From: Octopus sinensis
Lineage: Eukaryota
Length of the DNA: 64,000 nucleotides
Reading direction: 5' to 3'
Assembly (NCBI RefSeq): GCF_006345805.1
Contig: NC_043013.1
Coordinates: 29,078,001-29,142,000, forward strand
Below the pieces are notes generated by a model. It did no database searches, was not told where the DNA came from, and saw only the letters and a program-made list of their open reading frames with translations. The translations under genes were made by a program, and so were the position numbers. Below, piece after piece: positions 14,342-25,432 of the stretch (position 1 is the stretch's first letter; every line of letters starts with the position of its first letter).

Positions 14342-14875
14342 GGTGGTGAGCTGGCAGAATTGTTAGCATGCTGGGCAAAATGCTTAGTGGTATTTTGGCT
14401 GCCACTATGTTCTGACTTCAAATTCTGTCAGGGTCGACTTTGCCTTTCATCTTTTTGGGGTCAATAAATTAAGTACCAGTGAAACACTGGGGTGAAATGT
14501 AAAGCATGCTGAGCAAAATGCTTAATGGCATATTGTTTGTCCTTATGTTCTGCGTTCAAATTCTGCCAAGGTAGACTTTGCCTTTCATCTTTTTTGGGTC
14601 GATAAATTAAGTACCAATGAAAAAATGGAGTTGATGTAATCGACTTGTCTGCATCCCACAAAATTTCAGACCTTCTGCCTTTAGTAGAAAGGATTATTAT
14701 TATTATTATTATTATTATTTTAAATCCTGCCTGGTTGACTTTTTACCCTTCTGGGGTAGGTGGGAGTTGATAAATTAATGTATCAACCAAACCCTGGTGT
14801 TTGATTTAATCAGCATTCCTGGCTTCTAAAATTTGTTTGAAAGCCTCGTATTCAACAACAACAACAACTAATATA

Positions 14876-15280
14876 ATGTGTCTCAAGACAGTTACAATAC
14901 CAGTGGTTATAGGAGCACTTGGAATGATCAAAAAGGGAACTGAAAATTATTTGGGGATGGTCTGTAGCTCACCATCCCTGCAGGAAGTGCAAAAGATTGT
15001 CTTAACTGGTACATCACATGTATTGAGAAGAGCGTTGTTGCTGTGAATTTTCCTTCCTTTTTCCTCTTTAATTTCTTTGGGTTTTTATTTAGTTTTCTCT
15101 TTTTCCCTTTTTCCCTTTGTCTTTCTACCCACCTCCCACTTTTTTTTATATCGTACGGCTTTGTAAATGAATAATCTTGTGTGTTTATTTTAAAAGCCTG
15201 CTAATGTATACAGTGAGTTTCTTTGCCCTAGGTGTTGGGAAGACACTCAGCAAGAAATGGAAACAAAATTAAAAGAAGAT
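14876..15280 (+). mobile_element. 5'-truncated Dong/R4-clade (RLE endonuclease) LINE 3' end
   Basis: LKTVTIPVVIGALGMIKK..LQEVQKIVLTGTSHVLRRAL matches the C-terminus after the RLE domain; then a 3' UTR and (TAA)n. Confidence 0.8.
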
Positions 15281-15304
15281 AATGATGATAATAATAATAA
15301 TAAT

Positions 15305-15640
15305 GGGGGAGCATCATAGCCATGTGTTGAGAGGAATTCTTTGGGGTTTGAATAACTCACCTCTGGAAACATGGGTGTTTTGTTCATCATCTATAACAAA
15401 CTTTATTAAGGGACTTTTTGAGTGGGATGGGCTAATCAATCTAAAGAAAATTCTAACTGGGTCCCACCTGCAAGATCATATGCTGTTTACCTTGATATAA
15501 GGTCACCATGTCACGCACATGTAGTTGTGATGCATGTGCCTGGTGTACCCTCATGAGATGGGTAGTCATGATGGGTATATTGGACTTCATATTATTGTAT
15601 CCCAGTGTCACTTTGATGGCATGTGCTGCTCTCTCACACA
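15305..15640 (+). mobile_element. Non-coding element flanked on both sides by (TAA)n, probably Dong-mobilised
   Basis: Sharp (TAA)n borders and complex non-coding interior; identity is inference. Confidence 0.45.
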
Positions 15641-16251
15641 ATAATAATAATAATAATTCTGCAGGAAGAGGCTGGTTGATTACATCGGCCCCATCTTTAT
15701 TAAAGATGAAAGGCAAAGTTGACTTCAGCAGCATTTGAACTCAGAACAGAAGCCCAAAAGACTCTAACAAGCATTTTCTTTCCATTTCATTTGAAAAGCA
15801 TTACCACAAAAAAGTATTTTCCTGAGAAAAATTATTGATTAATTAATTAACTAATAAATAATAAAAATAATAATCCTTTCTACTAAAGGCACAAGGTCTG
15901 AAACTAGTCGATTTCATTGACTCCAGTGCACAACTGGTACTTAATTTATTGACCCCGAAAGGATGAAAGGCAAAACCAACTTCAGCAGAATTTGAATTCA
16001 GAATGTAAAGAGAGATGAAATGTTGCTAGGCATTCTGTCTGGTGTGCTAACATTTCTGCCAGCTTGCTGCCTTAATAATAATAATAATAATAATGACTAG
16101 TCGATTACATTGACTCCAGTACATAACTGGTACTTATTTTATTGACCCTGAAAAGTCACCCGCGGTGGAATTTGAACTCAGAACGTAGCAACAGACGAAA
16201 TATCACTAAGCATTTCATCCAGTGCATTAACGATTCTGCCAGCTTGCCACC

Positions 16252-16283
<32 letters not shown>

Positions 16284-16284
<1 letters not shown>

Positions 16285-16645
16285 TATCAATACCAGTGGA
16301 TGACAACATGTCTCTAAAAGAAATGGAGAAATTTTCAAAATACAAAGACCTGGAAATAGAGGTAACCAGAATGTGGAATCTAAAAGCAGAAACAATTCCT
16401 ATCATAATAGGTGCATTAGGCATGATAAAAAAAATATTCAGATAAATACATAACAAAAACACCAGGACTTACAAACACATATAACATACAGAAAATTGCA
16501 CTACTAGGCACTGCACACATCCTACGCAGAACACTTTCCATACAATAACCATCAGAGCATCACAACAAATCACAGCACATACCCAAGGCACACAGAGCTG
16601 CGCTCGGTAGTGAAGTGAAAGCACGATATAAAAAATATACTACTG
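16284..16645 (+). mobile_element. Second Dong/R4 family, 3' end with partial RLE domain
   Basis: VSIPVDDNMSLKEMEKFSKYKDLEIEVTRMWNLKAETIPIIIGALGMIKK..IQKIALLGTAHILRRTL (one frameshift); (TAA)n on both sides. Confidence 0.85.
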
Positions 16646-17165
16646 AATAATAATAATAATAATGATAATAATTATAATGATGATAATAATAATAATGATA
16701 ATGATGATAATAATAATAATAATAATTCTAAATTTATTGAAACTCAGGCAATGAGCTGGCAGTATCATTAGCGTGGTGAACAAAAAACAGAGCAATAGTT
16801 TGCCTGCGTTTACGTTCTGAGTTCAAATATTCCACCACTTTGGTCTTAATAAAGTACAGGGCTCAATGTAATTGACTGTCCCCATCCACCAAATTTCAGG
16901 TCTTGTGCCAATAGTAGAAAGGATTTTCCTCCTCCTCCTCCTCCTCTCCTAAGAAAGTGGCAAGTTGGCAGAATCATTAGCATGTTGCACAAAATGCTCA
17001 GTGGCATTTCATCAATTTTTATGTTCTCAGTTCAAATTCCGCCGAGGTTGACTTTGCCTTTCATCCTTTCGGGGTCAATTAAATATGTGCCAGTCATGTG
17101 CTGGGGGGGGGGGGTCGACTAGTCCCTTCCCCCAAACTTCAGGCCTTGTGCCTATAGTAGAAAGG

Positions 17166-17200
<35 letters not shown>

Positions 17201-17418
17201 ACGCAGTGATCTGGCAGAATTGTTAGCATGCTGGTTGAAATGCTTAGCGATATTTTACCCGTTGCTATGTTCTGAGTTCAAATTCCACCGAGGTCGACTT
17301 TGCCTTTCATCCATTCAGAGTCAATAAATTAAGCACCTCCCCCACCAAATTTCAGGCCTTGTGCCTATAGTAGAAAACATTATTATTATTATGATTATTA
17401 TCGTTGTTGTTGTTGTTG

Positions 17419-17461
<43 letters not shown>

Positions 17462-18121
17462 GATGATGTGCTACCAAAATCATTAGCACTTTGGACAAAA
17501 TCCTTTGTGGCATTTCATCTGGCTCTTTATGTTCTGAGATCAAATTCTGCTGTGGTTGACTTTCGTCTCTGGTCATTCTGATCTTCATAAATAAGTACCA
17601 GTTGAGCACTGGAGTTGATGTAACTGACTTCCACCTCCTCAAATTGCTGGCCTTGTGCCAAAATTTAAAACCATTATTATTATTATTATTATTATTAGTA
17701 TGTTTCCCAATATTTAAAATATGTGTACTGTCATTTTTTTCATTATTCTTTTTTTTGGTGAGAAATTAAGTCTTCTTTCTGTTCATTTTCTCTTCTTAGA
17801 TTTTCTTTTCAATTCAAGAGAAACTTGATTGTTGATTAGATTAAAAAAAAAAAGATATTAAAACAAATGCCAAAAATACATAAAAAGTAAAAAAAAAAAA
17901 AAAAAGAAAGAAAGTCAAAGCACACAAATAGAACTATTTTCTTTGTCTTGTCAGGGCTTTCAGAACTGAGCCCAAAAATAGTTTTGAGGGTTTTTCACTT
18001 GCAGAAAAAAAAACAAAAAAACAAACAAAATAAAAGAGTAAAGAAAACCTTTAAAAAATAAACAAACCTGAATAAAATGAAATGAAATGGACTCCTGACA
18101 TATCTCAATTGTTTACATGAT

Positions 18122-18382
18122 CATATATATACATATATATATATATGTATATATATAACTATATATATATTATATAATATATATATTATATATATATATA
18201 TATATTATATATTATATATATAATATAATTATATTATATATATATATATTATTATATATATGTAATATATTATATATATATGTATATATTATATATGTAT
18301 ATATTATATAATATATATATATTATATATTATATATATAAATTATATATATATATATAATATGTATATATTAATATATATAT

Positions 18383-18437
<55 letters not shown>

Positions 18438-18676
18438 ATATATATATGTATATATTATATATATATTATATATGTATATATTATATATATATATATATGT
18501 ATATATTATATATTAATATATTATTATATATATATATTATGTATATATTATATATTATATATTATATATATATATATATGTATATATTATATATATATTA
18601 TATTATATATATATATATATATATATTATATATGTATATATTATATAATATATATTATATATATATAATATATATG

Positions 18677-18745
<69 letters not shown>
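18122..18745. repeat. Degenerate (TA)n microsatellite
   Basis: Direct reading. Confidence 0.95.
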
Positions 18746-18746
<1 letters not shown>

Positions 18747-18750
<4 letters not shown>

Positions 18751-20800
18751 TTTTTCCTCTCTAGTTTCAGCTCAGAGCTGCGGCCATGCTGATGCTCTGC
18801 CGTTTTGCTACTCTGTTATTATTAAGAGCCTCCTCTAATATGTGGCATTTGGTGAAGAATGGAGTTTGATATAGCTACCCTCATTTGCACCTCAGGTTCA
18901 TCTGGGACTCTCGACAGGAAGAGGTCCAGCTTTGATTTTAAAACCCCTACTTCTACTTTGTGCAAGTTCCTCAGACTCTTTGGGAGAACATTAAAAATCT
19001 GTGGGCCCTTGTTACCCAGGCTGTTGCAGTAACTGGTCCTGCAGCGTAATGGCATTGCTGGGATCTTTGGCACTATGCAGTGTCGTCTTGTTCTGGCATT
19101 GGTGTAGCTTTCAATTCCAAAATTTGGCACAATTCCTTCCAGGATCTTCCAGATATATATTACTGCATACCTCTCCCGTCTTCTCTCCAGGGAGTAGAGT
19201 CTTAGCTCTTTCAACCTTTCCCAGTAGTTGAGCTGTTGCAAAGAGACGATCTTCTTTGTGAATCTTCTCTGGATTGCTTCAAGGTCCGCTGTTAATTTCA
19301 CACTGGTCTGTGACCATAGCTGTGAGCAGTAACCCAGGCGGCTGAGGACGAATGTCCGCCAGAGGACCATCATGGTTTTCTTATCTCTGGTTCTGAATGT
19401 TCTTAGGATCCACCTAGTCAGTCGTTTGCACTTTGTCGCCATCCTGGTAATGTGCACTTGGAAAGAAGTATCATCACGGTGAGCTAGCAGAAACGTTAGC
19501 ACGCCGGGCGAAATGCTTAGCAGTATTTCGTTTGCTGATACGTTCTGAGTTCAAATCCCGCCGAGGTCGACTTTGCCTTTCATCCTTTCGGGGTCGATTA
19601 AATAGGTACCAGTTACGCACTGGGTCGATATAATCGACTTAATCCGTTTGTCTGTCCTTGTTTGTCCCCTCTGTGTGTAGCCCCCTGTGGGCAGTAAAGA
19701 AATAGGTATCATCACTCATGTCGATACCCAGGTCCCTCACTGACTTAGGCTCTGGGATTGAAATTCCCTGTGGGCCGGTGTACCCTGTAAGTTTCATATT
19801 CAGTTTTGGATGCTGGTAGCGCAGGGCTTGGAATTTTTCAGCATTAAGCTGCATATTATTATCCTCAGCCCATCTGTACATTGAGTCCAACTCCTGTTGC
19901 AGGTATGCAACATCGCTGGGGTTCTGTATTCTCTGCGAGACTTTCGTATCATCTGCATAGCTTGCCAGAGTGGCTATCCAGGCATTTGAGGGCATATCTG
20001 AGAGGGCCACTATATATAGCAGTGGTCCCAAGATAGTGCCCTGTGGAACACCGCTCACTATTTGTGTGTTCATAGAGGTGGTTCAATTAGCCACTACTGC
20101 AGGAAGTCATGTAACCACTCTCCAAGTTTTCCAGCTATGCCAAGGTCACGCAGTTTGTGGCATATCATATCATGATCCACCTTGTCAAAAGCGTTGGCAA
20201 AATCAAGGTATATTACGTCCACATTTGATTTGCTGAGTAACTGCCTCAATACCCAGTCATAATGTTGTAAGAGCTGGGTCAGGCAGCTCCTACCTGGTCG
20301 AAAACCATGCTGGGTATCACTCAGCAAGTTATTTTCTTCAAGGAATGCGATTAGTTTCCCTCTGACTATCCGTTCCATGACTTTGCTGATGTGTAAAGTC
20401 AAAGAGATAGGCCTATAGTTTTTGGCATCTGCTCTACTTCTCCCTTTATGTCTTGGGCATATTATTCCCTCCTTCTACTTGCTAGGCAGTTTGCCATTTG
20501 CAAGAAAGCTCTGGAAGAGAATCTGGAGGGGTTTTGCCTGGGCATGTTTACACGATTTGAAGAGGATTACTGGGAAACCGTCAGGACCAGCAGTTGAGAT
20601 TGTGTCCACTTCATCTATGGCTAGTAGTACATCTTCTTCGCTAATGTCAATGTATTCTATTGTATCTGCCTCGCTGGTTATAGCTGAGGCAACAAAGAAG
20701 TCCACTGGTTCGTTCACTTGTCTGTGTTCCGACGGGGTGGTAAAGACACTTTTGAATTGGTCATTTAGTATCTCACTGATCTTAGTTGGACTGCTAACCT
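18747..20800 (-). mobile_element. 5'-truncated CR1-group LINE (RT domain and C-terminus), disabled
   Basis: Motifs AGPDG, QHGFRPGRSC, IYLDFANAFDKVDH, GVPQGTILGPLL, YADDTK, YWERLKELRLYSLERRRERY; internal deletions and a SINE insertion. Confidence 0.9.
19478..19705 (+). mobile_element. Young SINE inserted in the CR1 ORF
   Basis: Perfect 10-bp TSD GTATCATCAC at 19468-19477 and 19706-19715. Confidence 0.92.
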
Positions 20801-20809
20801 ACACATTCG

Positions 20810-20844
<35 letters not shown>

Positions 20845-20845
<1 letters not shown>

Positions 20846-21152
20846 CGTGATATCACCGTGACCGACCAGGCGATCAGATGTTGCTACACATCACTGGTCA
20901 CAATGCGCTATGCATTGTTTTAGTCTAACAAATGACGCCACCCCGCTGGCTAAGCGAGCAGGCCGACAGAAGAAAGAGTGAGAGAAAGTTGTAGCGAAAG
21001 AGTACAGCAGGGATCGCCACCACCCCCTGCCGGAGACTCGTGGAGCTTTAGGTGTTTTCGCTCAATAAACACTCACAACGCCCGGTCTAGGAATCGAAAC
21101 CGCGATCCTACGACCGCGAGTCCGCTGCCCTAACCACTGGGCCATTGCGCCT

Positions 21153-21155
<3 letters not shown>
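20845..21155 (-). mobile_element. Full-length tRNA-Arg-like SINE (OR-type)
   Basis: Head TGGAGGCGCAATGGCCCAGTGGTTAGGGCAGCGGACTCGCGGTCG..GGTTTCGATTCC with A/B boxes and a TCG anticodon-like loop; tail ..GGTCGGTCACGGTGAT. Confidence 0.85.
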
Positions 21156-21205
<50 letters not shown>

Positions 21206-21208
21206 CAC

Positions 21209-21505
21209 ATAATCAAAATAAGCAACAAGGATATCCAGAGGTAATGCAGTACGATCGTTTCATGCGACTCCATTTAATTAAACAATGCAAGTATTACATC
21301 AGTTTTAAAATGTAGAGCAATACTTGCATTGTTTAATTAAATGGAGTCGCATGAAACGATCGTACTGCATTACCTCTGGATATCCTTGTTGCTTATTTTA
21401 ATTATAATTAACCATTTTGAATTATATGGTTAATGCCATACTAAATTCTGGTGCCTTTAACTTAAGTACCATATTCAACTGAATCTAAATTTTTACTGAA
21501 CTTTT
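21209..21505 (+). mobile_element. Penelope-like 3' end with inverted duplication (81-bp perfect arms)
   Basis: Arms 21215-21295 and 21319-21399; each contains the half-HHR GAAACGATCGTA; flanked by (TA)n. Confidence 0.7.
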
Positions 21506-21648
21506 ATATATATATATATCATATATTATATATATATATCATATATATATATTATATATATACTATATATATATTATATACATATATATTATCTATCTAT
21601 CTATATTAACTGTAAATATGATATGTGACAATTATTCGGTAGTCATGA

Positions 21649-21706
21649 TAAAACTCCGAGTTTCGGATGTTGGGGCGGAAACCCACGCCGGCATCGCTTC
21701 GGTTTT
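21649..21706 (-). ncRNA. Degenerate minimal hammerhead motif
   Basis: CCGAAGC-GAUGCCGGCG..CCCCAACAUCC-GAAA-CUCGGAG-UU; the CUGANGA box is mutated. Confidence 0.4.
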
Positions 21707-22006
21707 CGGGCCATCGAAAAAAAATGCTATGAAATTGACTATTAAACAAAGGGAAGTTACTGTGTGATTGACCGTTATCAAGACAAAAGAGCTATTAGAA
21801 TGACCGCTAAGTAAGGGGAGGGAGTAAAGGTAAGGGAGTAAAAATGTTCATGGTAATCGCGTAAGCGCGTATGTCCATACATGCACATGCGCGCCCGCAC
21901 GCTCACGTACATGCGCCTATATGTATATACTCATCCACCTTCACTTGAAACACACACATGCTAACCTACACATTCGCCAAAAAATATATACATATCCGCA
22001 TACACG

Positions 22007-22043
<37 letters not shown>

Positions 22044-22374
22044 GCGCACCAAAAAGGTTCATACACACTCCTATATACACACACGCTCAAGAAAAAACAG
22101 GGCTAAAGGCAAAATACAGAAAAATGTGTAAAAAAAAGTGTAAAAAAATAAGCAATAAGAGTAAAACACGTCTATATACGCACATACTCGCATGCACGCA
22201 CACACACACGTCTATATACGCACATACCCGCACACACGCACACATCCACACGCGCGCATAAAAAAATCCATATACACTTATATATACGCACACGAAAAAT
22301 GTAGGGTGGAAGGTAGAATGCAGAATAAATATTTGTAAAAAAATATATCCAACTGCCGCATCAACCACTTAAAA

Positions 22375-22585
22375 ATATGCTCAAGGACCTGTGTGGTATT
22401 TGAGGTAGTCTGCAAACAATGTAGTGCATCTTATTTAGGGATACCACCGGAAAACTCTACATTCACATCAAGGAATATGTACTTACAAACATTTCATTTC
22501 ATAAACACCTAGATAAGTGCGAGACCCAGGATTTCACAGTATCCATCAAAGCTACTGAACATAACACAGGCAACCTTCGCGATTG
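22375..22585 (+). pseudogene. Penelope GIY-YIG endonuclease fragment
   Basis: ICSRTCVVFEVVCKQCSASYLG-(frameshift)-TTGKLYIHIKEY..FHKHL fits VVY-x-CxxC-x-YIG-T-R-L-RI-EH. Confidence 0.65.
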
Positions 22586-22926
22586 TACACATTTCCTTTT
22601 CTCTATGCCAAATTACTATGTCAGGTCAATTATGTTAACTTTTTATTGAGGCTTTCACAAAGGCATTTCACCAGTACTCTTTTTTATTATGAGTGACTAT
22701 GGCTTCTACCATACTGTAGGTTTTTATTTCTTTAGCCTCAAGGTTCCTTCCGACGGATCTAGTTATAGAGTCTCCTCGCTACAACATCATGTCTTATCAT
22801 GTACAATTGTGGAAATCAGCTGCCCAGCGGATGTTAACATAAAGGTAAAGATCAGCGAAATCTATAGCTACTCTATCCAGATTACAACTTCAGGTTTATA
22901 CCTATAATTATTAAGACTCTGGGATA

Positions 22927-23025
22927 TAGGCGCAGGAGTGGCTGTTTGGTAAGTAGCTGCTAACCAACCACATGGTTCCGGGTTCAGTCCCACTGCGTGG
23001 CATCTTGGGCAAGTGTCTTCTGCTA
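22927..23025 (+). mobile_element. CORE-like tRNA SINE (OK-type), cut by the assembly gap
   Basis: GGCGCAGGAGTGGCTG..GGTTCAGTCCCACTGCGTGGCATCTTGGGCAAGT; other copies at about 26807, 33975, 45090, 53445 (+) and 33292, 39160, 55418, 56158, 61260 (-). Confidence 0.8.
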
Positions 23026-23125
23026 NNNNNNNNNNNNNNNNNNNNNNNNNNNNNNNNNNNNNNNNNNNNNNNNNNNNNNNNNNNNNNNNNNNNNNNNNNN
23101 NNNNNNNNNNNNNNNNNNNNNNNNN
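23026..23125. other. Assembly gap (100 N)
   Basis: Run of N. Confidence 1.
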
Positions 23126-23174
23126 ACACACATATACATACAAACCAGAGCGAACTTCATAAAAGCTGGTATCT

Positions 23175-23530
23175 ACACAAGAGTTACTTCGCCTCGTGCA
23201 TACAAGGCGCTAACCGCCGCGCTCTTTTGTTCTCATCATTTCCACTTTGAACCACAAATTCTTTATTTTCGCTCAAACAAAGGTCACGCTGTATTTTGAT
23301 TTTAAGCTGCCATTCTTGTTCGGTTGCGTCTTATCTACAAGGAACAAGATTATTTTGAATTTGGGAGGTCATGCCTCACGCAAGAGCCATATGCATTTCG
23401 ACAAAGACGGGTTTCATTTTTTATCAGGGCTGAGAAATATATGTTTGTGCTTATCAAATCAGTTTTTGAATGTTAGTTCAGTTGCTCCTATTTATATATA
23501 TTTTATTTTAGGTTCATCTCTGCTGTTTGC
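23175..23530 (-). pseudogene. Degenerate Penelope GIY-YIG C-terminal fragment
   Basis: IGATELTFKN*FDKHKHIF..SLSKCIWLLRE..DLCLSENK..NKR..APCMH; parallels the fragment at 40230-40640. Confidence 0.6.
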
Positions 23531-23573
23531 CTCTCCTTAAGAAGCAAGCTTCTTACCACATAGCCAGCCTACA

Positions 23574-23645
<72 letters not shown>

Positions 23646-23815
23646 TCTTCCTCGTCTAGGCCAAAAAGGCCCTCTTCGTTTGTTTTCTTGTTTGTTTTTA
23701 TTTCTCGTATTGTATTTTTTGTAATTGTATTTTTATTTTGTATTTTATTTTGTAATTATATTTGTATCGTTTTTACGCCCTGTTTGTGTCACATTTTTTT
23801 CTTTCCTTGTTTTTA

Positions 23816-23932
23816 CCCCTCTGCGAAGAATTTTATTTAATTCTTTCGCAGGAAGGGCTAGTTCGACGAGTCGTGTTCTGTCCTCACCTTCGAAACACGC
23901 TGGAGTTGAACTAGGGACAGCTGATGAAGGGG
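23816..23932 (+). ncRNA. Candidate pseudoknotted (strand-permuted) hammerhead ribozyme, copy 1
   Basis: CGUGU-U-CUGUCC (23872-83), CCUUC-GAAA-CACG (23887-99), GGACAG-CUGAUGA-AGGGG (23915-32); helices I and III pair perfectly. Confidence 0.7.
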
Positions 23933-24242
23933 ATTTTTCCTTGTGTAGTTTGTCTTGTACTCTGTTTTTTCGTTGTAAAAAAATGGTCAGTTCCATGCTT
24001 GTTTTTACGTTTTCGTTTCTCGTTGAGTTCTACGTCTATTTGTGGTGTCCTGTACTCACGTATATATATTTATATATGCATGTATGTATACATATATATG
24101 TGTATGCATATATTTATTATTACACTATTGTATGACTGAGCGCCCTCGCGCCGATTCGATTCGTTTCGTTTCGTTTCGTTTCTTCTTCCAAGTCACAGTA
24201 TTATATATATATATATATATATATATGAACCATTCGAAATAT

Positions 24243-24302
<60 letters not shown>

Positions 24303-24371
24303 ATCTATATGTATGTGTGTGTGTTGTGTGTTTATATATATATATATATATATATGACCATTCCGAAATAT

Positions 24372-24424
<53 letters not shown>

Positions 24425-24454
24425 GTGTGTGTGTGGTGTGTGTGTGTGTGTGTG

Positions 24455-24634
24455 ATAGATCGTTAGCCACTACACACATTTTTTCTCTCCTGGTTTTTTT
24501 TGTGTCCTTTTCTGTAGAAGAGCGTAGGCCTCGAAACGTAAAAGACTTTTTCTATTCCTGAGCGCTATACTAATACATCTGTTTGTTTTGTACACCACCT
24601 GTCTTCGTCTTTTGTTTATTTTCTTAAACTTTCC

Positions 24635-24640
<6 letters not shown>
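24455..24640 (+). mobile_element. Penelope-like 3' end carrying an HHR-like variant (24504-24546)
   Basis: CUGUAGA-A-GAGC GUAG GC(C)UC-GAAA-CG-UA-AAAGAC; related copy at 45980-46142 (-). Confidence 0.5.
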
Positions 24641-24673
<33 letters not shown>

Positions 24674-24678
<5 letters not shown>

Positions 24679-25027
24679 GGTGATTCAAAAGTTACCATAC
24701 ATAGGAACAATTTATCTTTTTTATGAGAAACAGTTTATAAGAACAGTTTTTTAATATTTTACAAGCTATGGTTATCATTGTTTTGAATACAGATTACAAT
24801 AGGTTTACCCCACTTATTGTGAACATCTTGTGATATGCGTGCAAAGGAGTTGATGATGCGTTCTTTCAAATGATTTATGTCTTTTATCTTTCCGTGATAC
24901 ACAATGGCTTTCAAATGCCCCCAAAGATAGAAATCAAGAGGGGTCTGAACAGGGAATCTAGGGGATCGTCTAAACTTACTTATAAAAAATAAATTTTTCC
25001 TATGTACGGAGACTTTGAATCACCCTG
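24674..25027 (-). mobile_element. Internally deleted Tc1-like (DD37D-type) transposon
   Basis: TIRs AGGGGGTGATTCAAAAGT / ACTTTGAATCACCCTG-TA; minus strand reads TPLDFYLWGHLKAIVY..INHLKERII. Confidence 0.85.
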
Positions 25028-25052
25028 TACACGCACAAACACACACACACAC

Positions 25053-25097
<45 letters not shown>

Positions 25098-25365
25098 TTG
25101 AAAATGGATAAGTGGCGTTCAGTTAAATAATAATATAATTAATATATATATATATATATAGTGATCAAATGTTCTTGCCGCACAATAGCTCACTCTCTCC
25201 GTCAAATCGACATTATCTGAACATTGTGTACCGCACGTCATGTATGAAGGTAATCGCTAAGCAACGTGAGATGAAGTGTTTTGGTCAAGAGTACAACCAC
25301 CACAGGCCTAGGAATTGAAATCACAATCGCTGGATCGTGAGGACAACACCCTAACCAATAGGACA

Positions 25366-25432
<67 letters not shown>

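Larger units (their letters stand above)
14093..17695. mobile_element. Dense SINE cluster (about 10 copies, both strands) separated by (TAA)n tracts, with nested Dong/R4 ends
   Basis: Copies at about 14093, 14340, 14500, 16746, 16953, 17200, 17460 (+) and 15655, 15872, 16096 (-). Confidence 0.8.

Noticed and set aside
10540-17700. Regularly recurring repeats as a CRISPR-like array
   Set aside because: Diverged ~200-bp SINEs in eukaryotic DNA; no repeat-spacer structure or cas genes.
21080-21155. tRNA-Arg-like sequence (also near 52174, 56538, 45507, 50389)
   Set aside because: SINE heads that continue into SINE bodies without a proper acceptor stem or terminator; not tRNA genes.
23921-23927. 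CTGATGA read as a snoRNA C/D box
   Set aside because: No matching terminal stem and box D; the GAAA, UH and helices I and III fit a hammerhead core better.
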